The notes beneath the pieces were generated by a model that did no database searches, was not told the origin of the DNA, and was given only the letters and a program-made list of their open reading frames with translations. Below, one piece after another: positions 53,629 to 64,000 of a stretch of 64,000 bases of DNA (position 1 is the first letter of the stretch; the number at the start of each line of letters is the position of its first letter). The stretch is from assembly GCA_050575255.1 (NCBI GenBank), contig JBNZDD010013510.1, positions 124,001-188,000 of the forward strand. Reading direction: 5' to 3'. Made by a program: the position numbers and the translations under genes. This DNA is from Harriotta raleighana. Taxonomy: Eukaryota.

Positions 53629-54840
53629 TTTGACGTCTCATTTCAATTTGCAGTCTCTGCAACACTAAGCTAGAGAACGCAGAGCCAGTGGTAGAGTGCC
53701 CATACACATTAACACGACCCACACCGAAAATTACCAATCGCAACTAGAGACATCTAGCACAGCTTGAGACCAGCATGATTTCCCAGCTCCATTACCTTCC
53801 AGCGGAGGACAATCACATAGGGGGAGGGGGAGACATGATATTAAGAGAGTCCAGAATTTGACAAACATACAGTGAACACAATTCACAGCAAATCAGTCTT
53901 AAATTTTCAACGAAGGACAACGATGTCAGCCAATAACTTCTTTGTGAATGTAGCAACAATTAGCTTTCATGAGCACTCCGATTATAACACCCCATTAAGC
54001 AAATATTTTCACTAGCCAAGCAATGCCACAGATTAATTCTGAAAACATTCTGCAGTTCCTTTACAGAAGGTTCCTGTCATGCTCCATGTTGTGGGGTGTG
54101 AGAAACATCCTGAATGTGTTTGTACTTTATTTGTTCCACGATTAAATTTTCGTTGCAAATGGACCTGCTGGGAACCCAGCATGAGGAGAAGTTTCAATCT
54201 ACAGGGCTGATCAGAAGCTTTAAGAACAGCAACTAAAATCTACACCGTGGATGTGTGGGTGTGTGTGGGGGGAGGGGGGCAGGATCATACTTGGTAGAAA
54301 CAAGATTTCAATGCTCACACTCACAGGATTGCCTTATCCAATACTCGTTATCAAGGCGTCTAAATGGAAACCTCTCACTTGAATGAAGTGCTAGGAATTG
54401 TCAGTAATTGCTCACTGCACAAATTTGTGCATCAAGCTCAGCAACGTTATTATACATAACATTCCTTTTATTACTGAGCAACGCTGACTGCACCCAGAAA
54501 TTTGTTAAATAACAGCAGTGGCGCACAAGCAATGTCATTCTTTTTATTTGAATACTATACTGGCTGGCTGTACTGGCTGGCTGAAACACAAGACTATTGC
54601 TGGGAGGACAACAGCCTCCCAGCAACTTCTACATGATAATCATACAAGACATTGATACACAACTCCATGGCTCCAGGAATTATTTGTACCGGCTGCTGCC
54701 ATACTGGCTACACAGGCTTCTGATGGGGCAATTACCCCACACACGATAGCAAACGCGGGGCTTTTAAAGCAGTTGGCTCATTCCACTGGGAACTGGGTGT
54801 GAAAGTCGTGACACATTTTGAACTACAACTCTTAGTTCTA

Positions 54841-55053
<213 letters not shown>

Positions 55054-56877
55054 TTATCCCCCCACCTTTCCCCCCTCCTTTTTTGTGGTCTTTCAATCAG
55101 CTTCGCAAGGGATAACTCATCTGCCAAACACCTCCTGAACTGAAGCCAATGTCGAGGGCAGTGTATTTATCGGCAGGAAGCACATCTGGGAATGTATTAC
55201 GCAATGTCAGGATATTCTGCTTCGACTGGCTGCTTCCTTACGTTACACATCTTTTTTTCATTTTTTCATTTGAAAAGGCACTGCAGCACTAACGTCAGCT
55301 CTATTTGCTTTTACAACAGTAGCCTTTACTCAACGCAACTTCGAAAAAATTCAATGAATAAACTACCAATCTGTCCAGCGCCTTGGGACGTCCTCCTGAC
55401 GTGAAACGCGCTCTATAAGTGTAATTTTGTTGTTGTTGTTGTTGTACTAAGCAGCAGTGGACACAGTGGGCAAGCAATACTGCATTTGAATCCGGATTAT
55501 GGTTTTCCACATTGCCAAACTGGATCTGCATCAATCACATTAATCGGTGTTACAGGAGCCAATAGAAAGCCTAAGTGTCCCAACAGTGATCGCGTGCCAT
55601 GTGGGGAAAAGGAACACAAATATACAGCTAATTCACTTCACAGTATATTCTGTGAAGTGCTTTGAGATGTCTAGAAGATGTGAAAAGTGCTATTTCAAAT
55701 TCAAGAATTATTATTATTATGTGCTACTGTAGCATGTTGACACACCATGTTCCTATTCCTATCTATCTGAACTATCCAGGAAAGCAATGCCGCAGATTTC
55801 ATTCTGAAAACATTCTGTAGTGTGTGCTCAAACACAAACCAGATAGAATGAATGAATGAGACTTTTTGTTAAATATAAAAGTGAACAGACACGTTGTCAC
55901 CTGGGAAAGCCTCGTATGGCTGTGATGTTCAAAATAGTTCAGATTACAGATCGCACTGAATTTACAAAAACAGGCTTCAAATTAGTCCAGATGTCTCCTC
56001 CCATCTTATTAAACATGGATTAAGCTAAACAAAAAAGCTGGAATACACTTACAACAGTTCAATGAGTGATGTTTTAGAATGGAATACATTTCAATACATT
56101 TCTTCCTCCATCTGTCCTCACCCGTCTGCAATTTCACTCCCAGGCCTAAGAACATGCACCAGACTCCTACAATAGCAGTTTGTCATCTGGCAGTTTCGGA
56201 CTGGCTCAAAGGATGCTCCTCGTACTTCCAACTAATGTGAACAAAGCTTCGCTACTCCCCCGAAGCCCTCAATTCGTAATCACATCTCATCATAATATTG
56301 CTCAAAGGGATCCCTGGCAACTGAAGGAAGGTAACTGTGGTTGAGTAGTTGAGAGGATAACTGGATGTTCTTGTGTCGGAAAATATTGTGTTAGATACAA
56401 AACACAGAGAGCCAAGATCTAACAAGTAAATATTTTCTTTTATCCTATTCAAATCTGAAGTTTAAAGGGCCTTCCTATACACTATGGCATCTTGCCAAAT
56501 GGTGGGGGTTAGTAACTAGAATTCCAGTATGACCATTCTTCAATTGGCAAGAAGCTTCACCCATTATTCCCTGAATAAATATGCTCAGTTTTATATGACT
56601 CGAAAGGAAAACAAAAATGAATCCATTTCACAAGTACAATAGCACTAATTTCATCTTGGTTTCTACAGGATTTAGATGCTCATGTTAAAGTTGGGAAGTT
56701 TGAATCCCATTCAGTGCTGATTTACTTGATTTCAGCTGGGTCAATGGTTTAGATGTCCCTGTTCTCGTGAGGAGAAAAACCATCTAGAGTTCTTACTCCT
56801 GGTTATTATCCAGAGATCAACATACATCTTCATCATAAGCAGTTGGGGCTGAACAGTTGGGGTGAACTTGAAACTCA

Positions 56878-57051
<174 letters not shown>

Positions 57052-58468
57052 CTATTGTGTTCATACTACTTTCCACAAATAAAAAAAGATTTCTCCATCG
57101 TTTCAGCTCGGTTTACATTAAATGTCTATTACATTAAATTAATGTAATTAATTACATAAAATTTTTGCTCACAAATATACAGTCAATTTTTCCTACTTTC
57201 CTTCCCCCGACCCTTCCCCCACCCCCGCTCTGATCCCTACTTGACTGTACTGAGCCTTGGGACGTCCCCCCGATGTGAAAGGCGCTATATAAATGTAATT
57301 TTGATTGATGGATTGATTGATGTCCTCTGGAAAAGCATATCCAGTTCAGAGAATGGGGCAGCTTTAGTTGACCACAATAGTTCACAAAAGTAAATTTTCA
57401 TCCACCTCAAATCGCTACTGTTATGGGATGGAACACTATTTTGATCACTTCCCAGTGTGTGATTGCCTTTTCACCACCCAAATCGCAACACAGTACAGAG
57501 CAAGTGTGAAGGCCCTCAGAATAGGACAGCGCATCTCAAATACGTGCCAGAAATAACGACAACAACAAAAAAAAATTTAATAGTTATCTGACAGATGCTT
57601 CTATCATTTGCAGTTTGCCTTCACAACAAGGGTGGAATATTTTCCTTCCTTTTCTTCCCCCCACTCTGCAGCACCAGTGAGACATGGTAAACCCAGGCAT
57701 CTCCCTATTCAAGTCACTCTTCAGTTTGAAACAGCCATGCAAGTCACATTCACAAACTCAGAAAGAGATTGGTGACACATTTACAGAGGATAACAATATC
57801 TGCTCTGCTCAAAACCCGTCAGAGTAGAGTTTTCCCAAAAGCCTTGAAAATACCTCCCAAAAACAGACCTGCTGTAAGTCTTTCCCTCGACTAATTCTCT
57901 CAGGAGAGGCACAAAGGCATCCTGCGGTTTTGTGAGGTGGAAAGTAATCTGACAGAAGCCTCGGGCCCAGAATACACAATAACTCTGGTTTGCAGATCAA
58001 TCCCTCCTCAACACACATGGGATTACCCTCAGCTCAAAAAGGTAAAATCTCAATAAGAAGTCCCCTACCTTCTAGCGAAACCCCTTCTCCAACCCCCACT
58101 CTCCTCCTCTCAATATAAATCTGAACAGTTTTTAAAGAGGTAGCTTGCCTTCTGTTCTGTTGATTAACTAATGCATTTAATCTTGTCTGAAGGGCGCACT
58201 CTGTAAAATCTCTGCCTTAAGGCATACAAAATGTATGAACTGAACTGTGAAAGAATTCTTTGTAGTTAATACTGCACCATCCAGTTTACCTTCCCTATAC
58301 TGACTTAACAATGCGTTTTTTTTAAAATTTATTGCATTTCCTTAAAATACAAAGGAATATACACACCGGATCACATGGAATACCAATAATAAAACACCAC
58401 TCATAATACAAGTTGATTTTCTAGAAAGTACGACAGTAGCTTTATTTAGCAATCTCTCAGTACAAATA

Positions 58469-58994
58469 CAGTAAAAGCCCATTTATCCGTGACTCGATGA
58501 ACCAAAAAATCTGTTGAACCGGCACCTCAAAAAAAGTCCCGATTTGATAAACCGGAAGTTATCCAGCAGAACAGTGACGACGCATTTAATGAATCGATTG
58601 TCACACGCGAGTACAGTGCAGCTATATCGGCTGGCTGCTAGTTTGACTAAAGCCGCGCTGCTGACGTTTTTTTAAAAAAAAGTTGCGATGGCGTTTTGTT
58701 TTCCTCCGTGGGGGCCGCCATTGCAGAAGTTAAGTATAAATAATAAAGTACCAACACAATATTCTGTTATTATAGTATCTGTTATTATTGTATTTACTCT
58801 ACTATTTATATGGTACAGTGTACAACATTTACAATAAAATACCCATACAATATTGTATCATCTGTTATTATTTAGTCTATTATTAATATGGTATGTGTTA
58901 AAATAATTTTTTATTTTAAAAAAAGTTCAACCGGAAAGCCATTTAACCGGCTCTGGCCAGGTCCCGTGGGTGCTGGATAAACCTGCTTTTTCTG
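58469..58994. mobile_element. non-autonomous Tc1/mariner (Tigger/pogo-like) DNA transposon
   Basis: TA on both sides; imperfect TIRs CAGTAAAAGCCCATTTATCC versus CAGAAAAAGCAGGTTTATCC (16/20); no transposase ORF. Confidence 0.7.
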
Positions 58995-60544
58995 TAGCTT
59001 GCTTTATCGGAGTCTCTCAGTTGCTAAAAGCTTTTAATGCACATCATTATCAAGTACAAATGTTGCTCGTGGTCAATTTCCTCTTCAATTGGAAGCATTA
59101 TAACTAAACTGAACATAAAAATAAAACTGCCTTTGCCAGGAAGATGCTTAGAACATGTTCATCACATGTACTGAGGAACTGCGGTAAATGTGGCTTTATC
59201 TCCTCAGACTTCTGAACTGCTTAATCCTTCCATTTGATACGGAGCGAGCCTTAACACATCATCAAAACATCACAAAGTGTTTCCGCTCACTGTGGTTAGC
59301 GTCAGTTGGGGTGGGGGGGGGGGAGGGTGTGGTCACTTGGCTAGGACACAATTTGGTCAGCGTTGACGCTCCAAATGAGCCTCCTCAACTAAGCCTTCAA
59401 GTATAACCTTCTATTCCTTTCTCCCTCGTGTACCTGTTTAGCTTCTCCTTAAAATGCATTTATGCTATTTGCCTCAACAACTCCTTGGGTAGCAAGTGCC
59501 ACGTTACTTTGCACTCATCAATAACTAGGTCACGAAGTCATTTGTAACATTCTCTGCAGTTTGTTACCACAGGGGCAGGAAACATGAACAAATAATCTAA
59601 AGGAAACCACATTGCAGAGAAGTCTCAATTCAAATTAGTTCAACTTAAAACGTAAGGTAACGGAAATCGCTTTAGAACGTATACTCATTTTGTGTACATT
59701 GAGGATATGTATGCATTTTGAAAACAGCAGGGATTAATATTTTACATGAATGTTCTGGAGTTTTAGTACGATTACCTTTGAAGTTCAGGAAGTATCTATA
59801 TAGAATTGGAAGGGTCCTGTACACAATAAGATTTTCCTAGGGCTGAATGGTGGAAGGGGTTGGGTTGATGAACTGAATGAGCTGCTGTAGTTCCCTTCTT
59901 TACATTCTGACAGAATTCAAAACTGCTCCAACTTCAATCAATCTTTTCTCAGTTATTGAATGTGACAAAGTTGGGACAATTTCAGGAGGCTGGTCCTAGT
60001 TTTATAATAACATAAAAAGTAACACAATCAGGTCCAATTTTTTTTAATTTAAATATCCTTCAGGCAGACAATTAATCATATTGCATTGGTTTAAATGCCA
60101 TTTCTTGTAACCGAGATCTAAGGATATTGTCCTTCCCAGTGTCAATCCATAGTAAATTCAACTCGCGTATTCATCTACCTCATGATTCCAGTCAACATAA
60201 GATAACATACAGTCCAATCAGAGTGCAATGACTGGAACAATGTGATCTAGTTGTAAAAATGTGTGTACAGTAAACCCTCAAGATTATGGGCACCCCAAGG
60301 AGCAAAGGTGCCCGTCTGAAACTCAATTGATAGCAACCCTGAACATGGAAATAAATTTCAAAATCAAACCATTCTTCTGCGGCCAATGTTGAAAAGCATT
60401 ACTGTCCTTTTGATAAATCACACGAATCTAGCATTTGAAAAGCGTGTGTTACATTCAAGGTCCTAGATTCTTTTGTAGAGCTTTAATTGGAGGAGAGACT
60501 ATTATTAATTGTCCTGTTTGACCCTGAGCTGTCCTTTCTCCCCC

Positions 60545-60970
60545 ACATCCGCATCATGACCAGCACTGCCTTCCATCACCTCAGTAACATCGCCAGACTC
60601 CACCACTGCCTCCCCCCATCAGGCTGCCAAAATCCTCACTCATGCATTCGTCACATCAAGGGATGACTATGGAAACTCCCTCCTCATCGGCTCTCCCAGC
60701 TCTTCCCTTCACAAGCTGCAGATCAGCCAAAACTCTGCAGCTCATGTCCTCTCCCACACCGACTCCATCCCTCCCAACAAGCTGCAGATCAGCCAAAACT
60801 CTGCAGCTCATGTCCTCTCCCACACCGACTCCATCCCTCCCACCCTCTCTCAGCTCCATTGGCTCACCATCCCCCAGAGGATTGAATTCAAGAACCTCAT
60901 CCTCATTTTCAAAGCCATCCACATCCTTGCCCCTTTCTATCTCTCCAACCTGCCTGCCCCTTCTGTATGA
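60545..60970 (+). mobile_element. L2-type LINE ORF2 fragment with an internal 66-bp tandem duplication
   Basis: TAFHHLSNIARLHHCLPP...ILTHAFVTSRDDYGNSLLIGSP...LHKLQ relic; 60711-60776 repeated at 60777-60842. Confidence 0.8.
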
Positions 60971-63694
60971 ATAATGTAAGGACATTTCTGGAAAATATCA
61001 CATTTTTTTCCATCCGTTTCAGTCATATTTTCGTGCACNCCACATCCTTGCCCCTTTCTATCTCTCCAACCTGCCTGCCCCTTCTGTATAAATAATGTAA
61101 GGACATTTCTGGAAAATATCATATTTTTTTCCATCCGTTTCAGTCATATTGTTCGTGCACCACTCAATCCCAAACCATTCACCAGAGTGTAAGTCCAGAG
61201 TTGTTGATACAAGTATTGCAAAAGACCTTTGCAATCCTTATCTGAGAGTGCAGATATGAGCACCAATGAAGCTTTTGGTGATTAGAGATTGAGAAATTGT
61301 CATTACGGTTGGGAGCATGTTGAATCAATATTGCGCAGCAATGTTCGCTTCAGGTACAATGTACAACAACAACTGTGTTATATTGCTCTGCAATTTCAGT
61401 AGCCAACATGCAATGTTCAACAGCAGCTCAGGGATGACTCATCCTCCAATTTCACACCCTTAAACGCCACACGATCCTGCTGAAATCAGCCTTGATCAGG
61501 AACTGAGCAGATCAGGAAGCAGAGTGAATACAGCCCACATCCTACATTTTGTGCTGTACCAAGTTCCCATTGGCCTCCCTTTTCTTCCTTCCAATTTAGA
61601 ATAATAACTGCCTGCAGCTCCCGAGATACTGTATAAACACAAGCTGTTCATCTTGAACTTCGATGAATTATAAAGTGCTGCCTTTTGCTACAGTAGTTCT
61701 GCCTGCTAACTCTACAGTCTCCAGACTTTTTACAGTCCACTACTTAATGCATCAGTGTGTTGCAGGAAAATCACTCTAATGTTTTAAAAGAAACATTTGG
61801 AAGCAATTTCTCCCAAGAACAAAATCACACAATGGTAACTCTGCTGGAAGGAATATTTATTCATTCAACTTGAAGTTCTTAATTCTGTCCTTTAACTGCT
61901 GAAATACCAGATTCACAAAACCGGTAATAGATGCAAATTGTTTTGCACACTCTCCTGCCTCAGCCTCTCACCCCCACAAACAAATGAAAATTACACCTTG
62001 AACAATCAACAATAATTTACACTCCTATGAAGCTTCTCACGTTGAGAAATGGCTTTACAAAGTCTGAGAGGGAGTCTTGACCTCGGAAGCTGTAGGGTAG
62101 AGAGAGATGGCTGAAAACAGGCAAATCTTCAGACAGAGAGGGAAGAAGCGTAATGGAGAGATGCAAACTAACTGAACACTTACCCGCCAATGGTAAGGTG
62201 GACAGTAAGTAGACGGAATGGCCAGTGAGGAGGGTGTAGTGTTACAGATGATCACAAAATGATGCAAAACTGTATAGGCATTTGAAGCCGAGGATTTGGA
62301 TAGTCGGGTATTTGTGGAGAGTGGAAATAGGTAGGATAACAAACAGGTTGTTCGAAAAGTAATCCAGTGTTCACTTGTCAAACAAAGTCTATTTATTTCT
62401 TGCTCACAGCATTGTAACAGGATCTTTGAGAATCATTACAAAGTAAACATTTTTTTGCTGGGGGTCATAAAGGAAGTAGAAACCCTGATCAATCTTGGAT
62501 CATTCATAGAGGAACATCCTTGGAAATTCCTCTGCACACTTTGAACGCAGTCAATGCACTTTACAGTATATCCCCNGGGTCTTAAATCATCTGTCCAGCG
62601 CCTTGGGACGTCCTCCTGACGTGAAACGCGCTCTATAAATGTAATTTTGTTGTTGTTGTTGTTGTTGTTTGAACGCAGTCAATGCACTTTACAGTATATC
62701 CCGTGAAGCAGTTTGGGACGTCTTCCTGATGTGAAAGGTGCTATACCAAAGTAAGGATTATTATTATTTTTTGATTGACTCACATCAAAGAAGCTACAAA
62801 AAGCAAGGAATTAAGCATGTTGCTCACGTACTCAAGTTAAATATTGGAGGTAATTCATCATCTCCATTTCTGTATTATGAATGCAACACAACAGCCAAAT
62901 CTCAGTAGAAGAAATCAGCTACACAACTCAAGACCTTGTGACATATTAAAAGCAATCTTTTAAGAAGCATTGTCAAGAGAACCAAATATTCCATACATTG
63001 GGTTAGAATGTTATTCTTTACACTCCCAAAGGCTTGGTTGAAATCCAGCCCAAATTGATAGATCTAAATTAGTTAGTTATAAATTCCCTTTTCAATGTTT
63101 TCAGTTCCTAGGGGAGAGGAGTGAAAACTTAGGAATGGAGGCAATAATTTGCCATTAAATAGATCATCTCCTTTCGGGAGCCCAAATTTAGGGAAGTCCA
63201 GGGGAATATGGAAAATGACAAAGTAGTAGTGCTTCAGTTTTCATCTGATTGCTCTATCTAATCGGAGGAAGCAACAAACTAAAGGAAGTTATAACCAACA
63301 TTGGGTCAGAATGGCCAATTCAGTATTGGGTTTGTGGTTCATACAACCCTCGCTTCAAAATGCGAGAACCACCCTCTTGTCATAGGTTCTGAAAGCCACA
63401 GAATGCTACCCGCTCAATCAAGGAACTGTGTGAGGTTACCATTAGTCCCCTAGTAGTTAAGCATTTAATTTTTCCCCTCTCCTCCACACCTCCATTCCTC
63501 AATCAACGGCGTAGGTAGATGATTTGCTCCCAACTCTCTGCCAACACTGCTTCGTGACCAGCTGCCATCTGGTGTGTTCAGGCAGGTTGGATTGATTCTC
63601 TTGCTTAATTTTCCCACTGTTCCCATGGCAAAATGTTCACTTGATCTTTCCTCTTAATAAGAGCAAATGCCAGGAAACCATCATGTCGAGAATT

Positions 63695-64000
63695 TGGAGT
63701 CTTTTAGCTCAGTGGTTAGAACGCTCGCCTTACAAGTGTGAGACCCGTGTTCGAACGTTGGGACGAAAGTTGGGCAAGGTTTCTTACTCCACACGCCTAA
63801 TAATAACCCCTCCCAAAAAAAACACAATAATAAAATTGGTCATTTCAATCTCCGACTGTTTGTGGGACACTGCTGTTCACAATTCGCTGCTGCGTTTCTC
63901 CCACAAATATTCAGTCTATTCACTTTACAGTATATTCTGTGAAGTGCTTTGAGACGTCTAGAAGACATGAAAAGCCTATAACAAATTCAAGGATTATTAT
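63695..64000 (+). mobile_element. tRNA-derived SINE reaching the window end
   Basis: Family consensus. Confidence 0.85.

Noticed and set aside
60267-60330. Second Tigger-like element starting TA-CAGTAAACCCTC
   Set aside because: No matching right-hand TIR found

Overview
Vertebrate genomic DNA, most likely from a cartilaginous fish (inferred from the shark/chimaera-type tRNA-SINE, L2 and CR1 repeats). It holds two intron-containing genes on the minus strand. (1) Alpha-actinin-1 (ACTN1): coding exons 2-21 span 57009 to 20499, all with GT-AG boundaries and lengths that join into an 857-codon frame; exon 1 lies beyond the right edge. It has two pairs of mutually exclusive exons: 8a/8b in the actin-binding domain and NM/SM in EF-hand 1. 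The NM/SM splicing-control architecture is visible (long AG-free zones, distal branch points, TGCATG and CAC clusters). (2) A divergent organic solute transporter alpha (SLC51A-like) paralog, about 309-317 aa in 7-8 exons (12888 to about 4531), just downstream of ACTN1. Other features are a 780-bp solo LTR with a 4-bp target-site duplication, a Tigger-like non-autonomous element, many tRNA-SINEs with two interchangeable LINE-derived tails, and L2/CR1 fragments. There are 12 single-N assembly joins, most flanked by duplicated sequence, including a 1.8-kb false duplication. No prokaryotic-type systems or CRISPR arrays were seen. Repeat boundaries are approximate; exon boundaries were read base by base.
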